Positions 47,911 through 61,372 of a stretch of DNA of 64,000 nt are shown here, piece after piece (positions within the stretch are counted from its first letter, which is position 1; each line of letters begins with the position of its first letter). This stretch comes from Eledone cirrhosa (Eukaryota), in assembly GCA_964016885.1 (NCBI GenBank), contig OZ024758.1:14136001-14200000 (forward strand), given 5' to 3'. Position numbers and translations under genes: made by a program. A model generated the notes under the pieces. That model worked only from the letters and a program-made list of their open reading frames with translations, was not told the DNA's origin and searched no databases.

Positions 47911-48392
47911 AACTATTTCCACAAATTCATCTCAAAACACCAACTACACCAGTACAAATGAATCAAACAAACAAACTTTACCAAAAAGGGTCAAGTGGAC
48001 TCTTCGGTTGTCAAGGTGATGACAACCTCTTTAGTGTTGGATATCTACACGATAAATACAACCAGTAAAGAGGTTGTTGATAGGAATGGAATCCAACTGG
48101 AGAAAACTTGCTTAACGAAATGTCATGAAAACTCTTTAACTGTGTCAAAGACATGACAACATTCCTGGTGCTGGTGTCACAATAAAATGCATTCAGTGGA
48201 GCACGAGAACATATGTAAGCAAAGGGTACCCCCACTTGTCCATCAGAGAGGTCAGCATCTCTACTTGAGTATTGACTCAGTCTGTAACGACCCATCCAAC
48301 CCATGCTAGCAGGGAAAATGGGTGTTAAAATATGTCTATTTTATATTGTTTATTCATTGCTTTATTTACTTAGTAATTTTTGTATATGTCTA

Positions 48393-48525
48393 GGGTCAAT
48401 AAGGGGTCAGTTGTCTAAAATGTTAGGATATTTCTGTGTTAAACCGTTATGGATCTTGGGATCAATAAGGGGTCAGTTGTCTAAAATGTTAGGATATTTC
48501 TATGTTAAACTGTTATGGATCTTGG
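48393..48525. repeat. 66-bp tandem duplication
   Basis: tcaataaggggtcagttgtctaaaatgttaggatatttct...gttatggatcttgg occurs twice. Confidence 0.9.
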
Positions 48526-48671
48526 CCAAGCTGGAACAGGAAACAAAAAGCCAACAAACAAGGAAAGAAACAAAACAAAATGTTATAGTTTTTATAACTA
48601 GTTTATTTAAAAAATCAAACTATATTGTAATGTTTAATGAGTTAGGTGTACACTACACTGTAAATGATATT

Positions 48672-48887
48672 TCAACCTTTTAGCATTTAAACCGGATGTA
48701 TCCGGCCAGAATTCTCTCACGTCTTTCTGTTTAAACAGGCTGTAACCAGCCACTCATACTGATGTTTTGGTATCGTTTTCAAAATAAATGACATCAAAAT
48801 CTCACAGCTTTGATATTATGTGAGATAAAGCCTTTACCGTGAAAATACAATAGTAAATATAGAGTAATGTAAATGCTAAAGGGTTAA
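48672..48887 (+). mobile_element. piggyBac-type MITE in the TUFM 3' UTR
   Basis: Full-length copy between the TUFM stop (48952) and a minus-strand AATAAA near 48602-48607. Confidence 0.8.
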
Positions 48888-48951
48888 ACATGACAATTTA
48901 GTTACTGTCTTCCTCACCTCGCCATCTTTCACACTTGGTCTTATATAATGT

Positions 48952-51900
48952 TTATTTTTCTTTCATTCGTAATTTTTTGTCCATTTCAGCTGGGTCATAA
49001 TCAGGTCGGACATCACTGATTACACCGAAACCTAGTGTCACCCCAGATGCTCTCATTGTGAAACGCTGTCCTTTCTCAAGAGCCTGAAATAATATCAAAG
49101 GGATAGAGGGAGAAAAAGAAACATTATTATTTATTATCACACAAAATTAGATCCCTACCCACTCCCCAAAGATTAAATAAGACACATTTGCAGGGGTACA
49201 TATTTTGTCATCTCCCACCCACCCCACAGGAATGTAAAACCAACAGGATTTGAATGCCAAATGTAACTTAATACTACGAACATATACAGCATTTCCACAC
49301 TGGAATGTAACTAAATAATATAATTGTTTCTACTTTTGGCACAAGGCCAGCAATTACTCCAGTGCATTACTGGTGCTTTATTTTATTGACCCTGTATAAG
49401 GAATATAACTAAATGATATAATAAAGGTATTTTCTCATTGCTCTGTCAGTTCGGGCATCCATCACATTTATTATTGATGCTATGAATAGGATATGAATAT
49501 AGAAACAAGACCATACATTTGGGGGTAAAAGGATAAAGACAAATCCAGTCAAGGTGTTTTTGTGGAAGATCAGCAGTTACCCAGCAATTTTGGGGGAGGG
49601 GTAAGTCGATTAAATCTACCCCAGTGCATTACTGGTGCTTTATTTTATCGATCCTGTAAGGATGAAAGGCAAAGCTCACCATGGCAGCATTTGAACTCGG
49701 GGCATAACAATATGCTTCAAAGCATGGTGTCCAATGCTCTACCAATACTGCCTTTATACCAAATAATAATAAAAATAATAATATTTTACCATTTTCTTGA
49801 AGAGGTTAAATACGACTTTCCCATCCTCTCCAGGCATCATCATGTCTTTACCCTGGTCTAACAACATGAAACCAGGACAGTCCCAGGTTCGACTAAAGAC
49901 TTGTGTTTGGAAATAGTTTGTAAATGGTTTCGCTCGTCCTCCTTCAGCCTTTGTCAATAAATAGACCTGGAATGGTAATATACAAATATATATTTATATG
50001 TGATCGGGTGACTCTGTATGTGTATATATATATAATACTAACAAAAAGAAGCTCAAAGATTCTAAGGAATAAATCCAAGCATTTATGAAAAATTAAAGGT
50101 CAATTGACATATATATACATACACATACATATTTGTATAACCAATGCATAGAAAAACAGAATGCACACATGCACACTGTATAATGGCTAGAGTATTGGGC
50201 TGAGTTTTGTAAAGTTATGGGTTTCATTTTTGGACAGGGTAACATGTTGCTCCAGTCCACTCAGTTGAAACAAATTAGCATCAGCAGTTACTTATATGAT
50301 ATAGTATTAAACACAGGTAATGCCAGTGAATTCAGATATATCCAAGTAGGATAACAACACAGTAACAGGTTAAACAAAACAATTTCTCTATTGAAAAGTG
50401 CAGTGATTTTTTTGCTTTTGTTTTTACCTGAGCTTCAACTTTATTGTGCATGCTAACAGTACCAGGTTTGCAGAGACACATGCCACGCCGGACTTCATTA
50501 CGTTTCACTCCACGAATCAATGCCCCCAGCTGGTCTCCAGCTTCACTTTTTCCAAGGGTTTGATGGAACATTTCAATTCCTGTACAGTATAGAATAAAGA
50601 ACATCAGTGAAAATAAGCTTATTGCTTGAAAACAATCAAGAATTGGAAGGGATTTCGGTAAATAATTAACTAAGATTTTTAGATTAATAAAAACACTTTA
50701 AAATAAACAGTTTTGTACTATACAGTCAACAGCAGTTTCAGGTAGTTTGGTATCAAAAGGGTTAAAGCATTATGCATCTAAGTAAAATACTTTTGAATGA
50801 ACATTGAAAGGTAAAGTGATTTCAATAAAGCAGAATTTAAATGTTGACTTTATATCTTAAAGAATTGGGTAAAGAAGTGCCAAGTAATTCCAGTGGAAAG
50901 AAGACCACAGAAAACATGGGCAGAGGTGGTGAGAGCTGACCTCAGATCGCTGAAGCTCACAGAGATGATGACGAAAGATAATGACGAGATAGAGAGATGC
51001 TGTGCTGAAGAGGACCCATTCCACACTTGCAAACAAGGAAAGGCGGACGTAAAATTATGATGATAATAAGGGGTATATTTTACCATGAAACCTACCTGTG
51101 ACAGTTGATTTTAATTTCTTGTCGTAGCCAACAATTTCACATTCATCTCCTTTCTTCAGCATACCTCTCTCCAATCGACCAGATACAACAGTACCTCGAC
51201 CTTAGAAATAATAAACAAGAAAGTAAAGAGAAATAAAATTCAAGTTTTAGTTGAAACTGTGATACATCCAGTAGACCCTGAAAATTGTTGGCAAATAAGT
51301 GTAGACAACTTATAATCAAGAGGACCTTTTAGTCCCGTTGAGGACTTCAAAATTTCTCTAGTGATGGTGCTATGATAAAATGCATCCAGTACATTCTGTA
51401 AAGTTGTTGGTGAATGAGTGCAGACAACATAGAGCAGGGATGTAACCATCTAGTCTTGTCAAGGCCATAACCTTTCTGGCATCATAATAAAATGCACCTT
51501 GTACACTCTGTAAAGTGAATGCTAGAAAGGGTACCTTGTCAGAAATAGAACATATGAGCAAGACCCCATTCACTGACTCATCCAAGAGGACAGTAATGCT
51601 AAACATGAACTAACTCATGCCAGCATGGAAAATAGATGTATGATGATGGTGGTGGTGGAGGTGATGATGGTAGTGATGAAATTATTGCACATAAAGAATT
51701 TTAAATGAATAAATAATGTTGTCTCTGGTTGGGACGAATCAAGAGTATATTTGAATTCATAGAAAATGAGAAAACTTCAATGCAAGAATAGCTGTTTAAA
51801 CAGTCAAATGTTTTATCAAATACTTAACTCTTTAGCATTTAAACCAGCCATATCCGTCCAGAATTGTCTCATCTCTTTCTGTTCAAACTGGCCGTAACTG

Positions 51901-54850
51901 GCCACTCATAATAACATTAAGGTACTGTTCTCAAAATAAATAATATCAAAATCTCATATGTGAGGTAAAGCCTTTACCGTGAAAATACAATAGTAAATGT
52001 AATGTAAATGCTAAAGGATTAAAGGAGAATTTACTAACAAAAAATCATATCTCTCACATGCCAATGAGATGTCTTCCCCATGTCAAATTGGATAAAATAT
52101 GTTGATCACCCTTGCAATACATACCTACAATGGAAAATGTGCTTTCAATGGACATGTTGAAGGGTTTATCAAGATCTCTCTCAGGTGTTGGTAAATAAGA
52201 ATCAACAGCATCAAGTAATTCTTTAATTTTATTTGCTCCAATTTCAGGCGACTTATCCTGCAACAACACACAATAAACAATATGAACTGGCAAGAGAAAA
52301 TCTACATGGTCAATCGACCTGCTAAAAATAGCAGCCAAATGTTTTCTTAAATTACATCCTTTTTTGTTCCTTTGAACCCGGAATTCCTGGTGAAGTTGTA
52401 GGGGCGCCATATTGACATACAGCGTTTCTAGGGTATTTTAAGTCTGGCAGAGCCTATTTCTATCCAGGCCTGAATACAGCAGATTTCTTCCAGAGAAAGA
52501 TAGAAAGTGAGAGAGAGGACGTATGCTTGTGTATTTGGCTGGGCTGGAAAGACAGTGGTAGGGAGTAGCAGGGGGAGAATTAAAGTGGGGTTTGGGCTGC
52601 CTGTTTCTTAAGGGAGGGCTGTGGTGGCCCACAGGTATGTTAAAAGAGTAAATATAAAATACAGAATAGATAGCAACCTGATGAAACAGAGAATTATTAT
52701 GAATACAAACTTACCGTAACAGCACAAAGAGCAGAGCCAGTTATTACAGGTGTTTCATTACCATCATATCCAAATTCAGACAATAATTCACGAACCTCCA
52801 TGTCTACCTACAGGTGTAAGAATACATAAAATCAATAAAGAACCTTCGGTGACAGGTGACAGAAATAACTTAATAATCCTTTTAGGATATTGAACATCAT
52901 CATCATTCATTTAAGATCGTTTTTCTATGTTTGCATACGTTGGACAGGTCTTTTTCAGTGTAGTTTCCCTCCATCTTCTGTATTCCTTTGTCCTATTCTC
53001 TGTGAAGTTCAGTGTTTCTTAGATCAGCTCTCATCACTTTTGTCCAGGTCTGCCTCTACTGTATCTCCCCTCCACTGGGAACTCTTGGCACTTCTTCACT
53101 CAACAATCAACATCATATGTCCATACAAAGTGTGTTTAAAAACATATCAAAGATTCAAGGTTTTAACATAAGCTCCATTTATATTCGTGCGATATAGAGA
53201 GTGAAGATGTGTTTTGAGGGAGATTTGTCTGCTATTGTTAATAAGTTGAGCAACCATAGAAGATCCCTGACTGTCTCAATTGATGAGTTTACTTTAATCA
53301 TGAATAAATTTCAAAAAGATACTAAAAGACTTACCAATTCCAACATTTCTTCATCAGCAGCATCAGCTTTGTTGATGAAGACAACCAGTCTGGTAATGCC
53401 AATCTGTAAGATTTAAGATGATCAGTTTATTTTTAAACTAAGCATGTCATTGATAAGTTATTTTTTTCAATTCCACACACATGCATATATAGGTTAGTAT
53501 TGTTAGTGTGCATAAACTATAACATGTATGTATGGACCCGTAACTCCTGAGGGGTGCTGTATTGACGTACACCATTTCTAGAGCATTTTAAAACCTGGCA
53601 GAGCCCATTTCCTCTCCTGGACTGATTACAGCAGATTTCTTCCAGAGAAAGATAGAAAGAGTGAGAGACAAGAAGTGAGAAAGAGGAAGAATTGGCCCCA
53701 GTTCTAGACTTGTACTTTTTTATCAACCTTAAATGGATGAAAAATAAAGTTGACCTTGGTGAGATTTGAATTCAGAGAACAGAGAGTCGGAATTTAGCAT
53801 TTACATTACTTTATATATACTGTTGTATTTTCGTGATAAAGGCTTTATCTCACATAATTTTGAATCTATGAGATTTTGATATTATTTATTTTGAGAACAA
53901 TACCTTAACATCAGTATGTGTGGCTAGTTACGGCTAGTTTGAAAAGAAAGAGATGAGAGGATTCTGGTTGGACACAACCGGTTTAAATGCTAAAGGGTTA
54001 AACAATAAAATACAAATGATTTGAGAGAAAAGCTGTACAAAAAGAACCATATGTAACATGCAAATATCGGTAAAGACATGTGAAGCATATGGAAGATGAC
54101 AGCTGGGTGTAGAAGAGATAAGTGATCCAAGAGGAAAGAACTTGCAGGAGAGGAAGGTTGAGCAAGACATAGAAAGTGGTGAAAGATGATCTCAAGAGGT
54201 AGAACATCACAAAAGAGGTGATAAAGGCCTGTTACAAATGGCATGAAGCTGTGCTACAGAAGAGCTGTTCAATTCATGCAAGCACAGGAAAAGTGAACTT
54301 GATGAAGATGAGAAGGACAATGATGTGACATCACACAGTTGCTACTCAGAGTTTCATATCAGCTACTAGTGATTGATGTGAAAATAAGTAACAATATTGT
54401 ATTTTCTCAAATTTGAAGAGAGAGACAGAGAAAAGACACAGAAGTGTTATCAGAAAAAGTTAGGACAGAGAAGAAGTGAAATATATATTGAGGTGAGAAC
54501 TGATAGAAAAGATTTTAATAAAATATTTGGATAAAAAAAAAAAATGATTGCTTATGTAAAAGTGTTTCTGGTGGGGTTATTGCCCTTTAAAATCAGAAAT
54601 AAATGTTCTTTGATAATTATCTTTATAGCTTTAACATGAGATTAACCCTTTAGCATTTAAACCAACTGTATCTGGCCAGAATACTTTCACTTCTTTATGT
54701 TCAAAAAGGCCATAACATTTTACCAATGTTAAGGTATTGTTCTTAAAATAAATAAAACATCAAAATCTCGTAGATTCAATATTATGCGAGATAAAGCCTT
54801 TACCACAAAAATACAATAGTATATATAGAGTAATGTAGATGCTAAAGGGT

Positions 54851-54915
<65 letters not shown>

Positions 54916-57900
54916 TAAAATAAAAAAACTGAAGAAATAGCCAAGCAGACAAAAATCATAAATAAATATGAAGGAAAAATAAAATAAGAATATGACATTA
55001 AAATAGAATAACCCTCCACCCACCAAAAAACAAAACAAAAAAGAAACATACCTGTTTGGCCAACAGCAAATGTTCCCTTGTTTGTGGCATAGTACCATCT
55101 GTGGCAGCAACTACTAGGATAGCACCATCCATCTGAGCTGTGCCAGTTATCATGTTCTGTGGAAAATGAGTTAGAGCAAATATAAGGTGACTATATATAT
55201 ATAGATATATACATAGTAATAATATTAACAATAATAATAATAATATAAATATATATATATATATATATAAATATGGCCATGCTGAGTGTGTGGGAAAGGA
55301 GTAGGCAGAAACTCCATTTTATGTCCCAAATGCAAAGTATGGGTGCATAAAAGATGTAGTGGGATCACAGGTAAGCTAACTAAGAATATAGATTTTATAT
55401 GTGGCCGGTGCTCAGGTGCAATAAGTAGCAGCAAGTGCCCACAGAATACTAGCTCATTCCATTGCACAGATGGTTCTATAAAAATAGTGGACACCTTCCG
55501 TTACCTGGGTGACAAAATCAGCAGTGGTGGAGGGTGCTCTGAAAGTACAGTAGCTAGAGTCAGAACGGGATGGAAAAAGTTCAGAGAGTTTATACCACTA
55601 TTGGCCGCTAAAGGGTTCTCTCTAAAAATGTTACATGGCAGTGAGACTTGGGCATTGTGTGCAGAGGATATACGCAGACTGGAGAGGAACGAAGCTTGCA
55701 TGCTCCGCTGGATGTGTAATAGTAATATACGTGAATGGCAAAGCATTAACGAACTAAGGGAGAAATTAGGAATAAGAGGTATCAGATGTTGTTTACTCGA
55801 GAGAAGACTACGTTGGTATGGTCACGTGATGTGCATGAAAGACGACAGCTGTATAAAAAAGTGCAGGGCGATAAAAATAGACGGTAGCCACGGAGTAGGC
55901 AGACCCAGAAAAACCTGGGACGACTTGATAAATTCCGACCTCACACCTCTCCAAGACAATGTCACTGGACCGAGATCTTTGACGCTACACAGTAATAAAG
56001 AAGACCCGCCTTGCCTAAGTACAAAGCGAAACCTACAGTCAGTAGGCACTCTTAACAAAAATACACCCTCGTCCCACTACCCCCACCACCCCTTTTGATG
56101 TAAAGTTATGTTGGTACCACAACATCCAGTCCAAAATAAATGAGGTCGTGTAGGTGTCACGACAAAAAAAAACACACAGTCCACGCTGTAATGTGGCCGT
56201 GTAGGTAACATGGTAAAAACCTCCCAGTCCACACGGTAAACGTGGTTGGTGTTAGGAAGGGCATCCAGCTGTAGAAAACCCGCCAGACAGTCCTATACGA
56301 GCAAGACAACCAATCTTGCCTCAAGTGGGAAAATTCCTGTCCAAACCCATGCAAGCGTGAAAGATGGATGTTAAACGATGATGATGATATATACACACAC
56401 ACATATACATAGTGTTGTGATTATATACAATATAATGTGACTATATCTATATACAGCATGTAGTGACTATATCTGTGTGCACAAAGTTTGTATGATGTAG
56501 TGTGGAGTGGAACTTGGATCTTTTTTTGCCCAGTGAAACTGGAGAAGTTATGTGCCTGCCTCAGAGACACAATAGAAATAATAGTGGTTTAGACCTTAGG
56601 TCAACCCTGATTGAGCAAACCTATGATCAAAAGCATTTTTTTTTTTTTTTTTTTTTTTGAGACGTAGAGAAATTTTTTAGGTACAAATCTCATTGCAGAA
56701 TATAATTATAAAAAGAGAAAGGGTAAGCCTTTTAGATTTCTAGGGTAAATTATAGGCTTACCTTTATATAATCAGCATGACCAGGACAATCAACATGGCC
56801 ATAGTGACGGTTTTCTGTTTGGTATTCTATACAAGCTGCATTAATGGTGATTCCACGAGACTTCTCTTCAGGTGCATTATCAATTTCTTCATATCTCTTG
56901 AAAATGGCATTTTTGTCAACAGAAAGAACTACAATATACAATATTTAAAAAAAAAAATCAAATAAAGTTGGTTTTGTTATTTTCTAATATTGATTAATTA
57001 AGAAGAGTATGTAGTAGAAATACATCAGGATATAGTGTACATAAAAATATTACTTAATCATATTTAAATTAAAGCCTACTATCAATAATCTGTGTTGAAA
57101 CTGATATTGTTGTGAAAGTATGTTAGATTTAGCCAAACAAACTGGCCATATAAACCCATAAAAACACAAATTTAGAAGTCCTACAACAGAATTTTTGCAA
57201 AGAGTTTATGAAGGTACTATATATAGACTTTTTTACATGCGCTCACATTTGGGAGGCAAGACACGGTGCTTGTTTGAATACAAAACCACAGTAATTGCAA
57301 AGAAATGATCTGACTTTGTTATTAGAATGGACCTTAAAGTGTCCCCTTTTTCTTTCTCTAGGGGTTTATATACCTAACATGGCTGGCTATTTTCAAATTA
57401 AACCTGTATTACAGTAACTTATAATAAACTAACATATTTTCATAATTCAGATATTGTTGTACTTTGGGAGAGTCATAGTGTCAATTAAAAACACACACTG
57501 GTCGTTTTTCACTTTGGTTTTATTAATTAGATAATCAGTTTGTCAGAGTTCTTTCATCACAGCCTTTGACCTTATTGATGGCAGTTAATTACCAAATTCT
57601 TACAACCTATGATACAGTATTTGCAATATTCATTAACCATTTCACTACCATATTTCTAATGAAAGACACAATCTATAATTTTCAAATTATATATATAAAA
57701 AAAAATTTGTGGTATGTAACAATATAACTTTCTCGTTATTAAGTTAGTGTTTGAAACAACTTAAAGATGTTTAGATAAATATAAACATTTTAATGAATAG
57801 TTTAGTATCATGGAACTAGTGGTGCTTTCAGAAGGTTTGATATCAAAAGAGTTACAAAGAAAATGAAAGAAAATATGAGAACAAATCTAAATAAATATAG

Positions 57901-60900
57901 AAATTTTAGGGTCATCCTAACCTTTAGTAATGGCAGCAGTTAGGGTAGTTTTCCCATGATCCACATGGCCAATTGTACCAATATTCATGTGAGGTTTTGA
58001 ACGAACAAATATTTTCTTCTGGCTCATAGGCTGAGCAAATAAGCGAGCTGTTTGAGAGAACCATCGTTCATTCTGAAACAGAATCATAAAAGTAGATAAA
58101 TAAATGATTTGAACTAAAAGCGTGAAGAACTGGAACAAATATCGTGGGATATTTTAATCCAATGCTTTAACTATTCTGCCACTTTGCTGCCATGCTACAT
58201 GGCACAATATGGTGAAAATATGATACATATACTAAATTGTATTAAATACTGTGTAGTGTTAGGGTCGTTGTACTTAATTATGATCAATGAGAATTATATC
58301 AATGTATATATGTATATTATATCAATGTATATATATCTAAATTATTATAAGTATATTATCTCAATGTTTATATGTATATCATATCAATATATATATGTAT
58401 ATTATATATATCTAAATTATTATAAGTATATTATCTCAATGTTTATATGTATATCATATCAATATATATATGTATATTATATCAATGTAAATATGTATAT
58501 TATACCAATGTATATATGTATATTATATCAATTATTATATGTATATTATATCAATTTATTATCAATTAAAAGATACTGACCTGGCATTGTGCAGTAAAGA
58601 ACTTTGTTGGATAAAGATAGGTAGATTTAAAAGAGCCTAAAATATATTAAAAAAATTAATCAATTAAATTTTATTAAACATGTTCAAATACAGAAACCTA
58701 TTCTGAAATGATATAGTCGGAAATATTAAAAAATGGGATTGAAGACAGATCATTGTGAAAATTTGTAATATTAAAGACTTCAATTTTTATGTGGTTGTCA
58801 TAGAGGTGTTTTCTACTTTTCAAGAATATTTTGCTAAGAGTTAGATGAAAAAAATATTTTTACATACCTAATGGTCATTTTAAAAAAATCAAACACCCTC
58901 CACCCAATTCTCATATTTGAAAATTATGTCTCTTATATTTTTCTTGGTCATCCCCATTGTTTATATAAGTGAATCAAGATTATATAAAATCTTTTTTATC
59001 CGTTAGAATTTACGTTACTCTATATTTACTACTGTATTTTCGTGGTAAAGGCTTTACTTCACATAATATTGAATTTATGAGATTTTGATATTTATTTTCA
59101 GAACAATACCTTAACATCAGTATGAGTGGCCGATTACGGCCAGTTCGAACAGGAAGAGGTGAGAGAATTCTGGCCAGATACGGCTGGTTTAAATGCTAAA
59201 GTGTTAATACGTGTCTATTTTCTCTTTTATTGCATATTCTCTCTCATTTCATGTTTTTTTTTAACTATTTCCCATGTTTGCATGTGTTGAATGAGTCTTT
59301 TCTAGCACAGCATCCCTCCAATTGTCATGGTCTTTTGTCATCTCTTCTGTGAGTTTCAGTAATTTGAGATCAGCTCTGACAATCACTATGCAAGTCTTCC
59401 TTCGTTTCCTTCCACTTAGATTTCTTGGTACTTCTTCACCTATCAATCGTCATCCACCTGCATCACATGGCCTTATCAGCAGTCTTCTCTCCTGCACACT
59501 AGGTCTGATTCCTCGTATCTTCAGCTCATCCATTCTTTGTCGTTCGTGTACATTAGCACTGCACCCCCATTGGAACATGCTTGCTTCATTTCTCTCTAGC
59601 CTTCACATATCCCCTGCATTAATTGCCCTTGTCTCACTGCTAAGCAACATTGCACACCATACACAGCCAGTCTTATATTCTAAGATATAATGATTTCTTT
59701 TATATTGGCACAAGAACACATATTTACTGGGTAGGGGCTTATACAATTAGATTAAGTTTGAGTACTGGTACTTATTGATCCTGGAAGAAAGAAAAGCAAA
59801 TCTGAACTCAAGAATCTATATACATGTAACAGAACACAAGGCATTTTCTCTGATGCTCTAACGATCGCATATAATAACGTTTGTTACCATGTACTGTAGG
59901 TTCATTTTTATTTTTTTTTATTTGCTTTAATCCCTTTATTTTTTCCAGCAAATTGAAATAAGATTTTTCATCTACATACTGGTCCCACCCTTGCAAGCAG
60001 GGAAAAGAGGATGTATGATGATGATGATGATGATTTAATTGAGTGACAGAAGTCTGCAGCATCGAATTCTTTTGTCTAAGACTCAGACCTATCACCTCTC
60101 CGTTCGATGGGGAGATATCCCACCCACTTCCGGGTAGGTGAGAGATGTCTTCTCTTGTGAAAATGGATATAGCTTTCATTATGTAAAATCTCTCCATTTT
60201 CGAGCCCCCTTTTTACATGGTACTCCCCGTTTGGCAGGTCTGAAGACTAACTCCTTAATGTTAACAGAGGGTGGGTGACAGGTTGTTACTACCCAGATAG
60301 AGAAGTTAAACATTTGTTTTAATATTCCGTTGACCCCTGTGATGTGATGTGCGTCTGATTGTTGCACTTGGTAGGGAATTGATGGTCATTTTTTTTTTTG
60401 CTTTTTGTCCGCTTCCTCTTTTTTCTTTCTTTTGCTCTGGTCATATATTTTGGTGCGTTGTATTCGTGAGATTCCTAGCAGTAGTTAATCGTATTTGTTA
60501 TGTGTTTATATTTTCATTCTAAAAGAATTGTGATCAATTTGTAATGTTATTTATATGAAATGCGGAGTAATATCGAAGCAACGCTGTTTGACATAGAATA
60601 AAATAAAATAATTAAAATACGAAAAGGGAATTAAAGGTGAAAACTCAACAATTTCAACAAAAACTTAATAAAACGGAATATAAATTATATAAGTAGAAGA
60701 AGCAAATGATAAAATGTAATTTATTAGATTTTTTTAATTCAAAGAACAAATTTAAATTGATTTTTTTTTCAACGACAAAATATTTAATGACGATTAACTG
60801 ATATCATATATGTATATACAAGTATATACAGCGATAAAGTGGTACACATAACATCATTTTTATTAATTTTACAAGCACACAATAATATATATAATTATGT

Positions 60901-61295
60901 ATACTTGTCATATGTGGTAAATGAGACAAAAATACAAAAGTTTAAATCCCTAAGTATATATATGTATATTTAGTAATTTAAAAATTAACCTCGTATAGAT
61001 AAAGTCTACAATTATACATATTAAATATATATTTTGATGATGGGGTTTAATACTCTTTATTATGAAAAGCCATGAAAGTCGTCCTGAATGAAGGTCAACC
61101 GATGGGAACAACAAGTGATAGAGCGGAGATTCATATAACACAGGTATCTCAATTTAACAGAGATGATTAAATAGGTCTTAAACAATTTAGAGAAAAAAAA
61201 ATTGATACTTTATGCGATTGGAAAATGTAAATAACAACGAAAGATTTACCAGCATTAGTTAAGGCAGAACGGAAAACACGCACTGAAGCCGCCAT
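48952..61295 (-). CDS. TUFM: Elongation factor Tu, mitochondrial (461 aa, 12 exons)
   Basis: Phase-consistent exons: 61250-61295, 58581-58636, 57922-58072, 56762-56928, 55052-55156, 53335-53403, 52715-52807, 52125-52257, 51096-51200, 50428-50579, 49790-49966, 48952-49083 (1386 nt). Motifs [37 protein letters not shown], and a transit-peptide-like N-terminus [13 protein letters not shown]. Confidence 0.95.
51824..52022 (+). mobile_element. piggyBac-type MITE
   Basis: Both TIRs (slightly degenerate) and TTAA ends present. Confidence 0.8.
53793..54001 (-). mobile_element. piggyBac-type MITE, inverted
   Basis: tttagcatttacattac ... ggtttaaatgctaaagggttaa. Confidence 0.8.
54642..54853 (+). mobile_element. 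piggyBac-type MITE followed by (GA)n
   Basis: Full TIRs with TTAA ends; (GA)n at 54856-54911. Confidence 0.85.
55272..55990 (+). mobile_element. RTE-type LINE ORF2 fragment (PHD-like finger plus post-RT region) in a TUFM intron
   Basis: [47 protein letters not shown], with an internal deletion. Further RTE fragments at about 2815-3000, 50870-51010, 54050-54280 and 59290-59680 (minus). Confidence 0.85.
56100..56390 (+). mobile_element. SINE-like repeat (family A)
   Basis: Inverted near-identical copy of 350-632. Confidence 0.75.
58293..58565. repeat. AT-rich tandem repeat (about 23-bp unit with a higher-order duplication)
   Basis: atcaatgtatatatgtatattat-like units just downstream of TUFM exon 2. 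Confidence 0.85.
59001..59207 (-). mobile_element. piggyBac-type MITE, inverted
   Basis: Ends ggtttaaatgctaaagtgttaa. Confidence 0.8.
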
Positions 61296-61372
61296 TTCAC
61301 AGATCGCGTGGTGAGAACTGTTGTCTGCTACCGGTGTAACCCCAGGAAATAAAATTTATCTATTTCCGGTTC
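61288..61372 (-). promoter_or_regulatory. TUFM promoter/5' region with YY1-like and ETS-like motifs
   Basis: Minus-strand AAATGGCGGC overlaps the ATG, and ACCGGAA lies near 61364-61370; the region is locally richer in CpG. Confidence 0.5.

Noticed and set aside
55286-56098. 270-aa ORF as a nested host gene
   Set aside because: Motifs identify it as an internally deleted RTE LINE ORF2 fragment.
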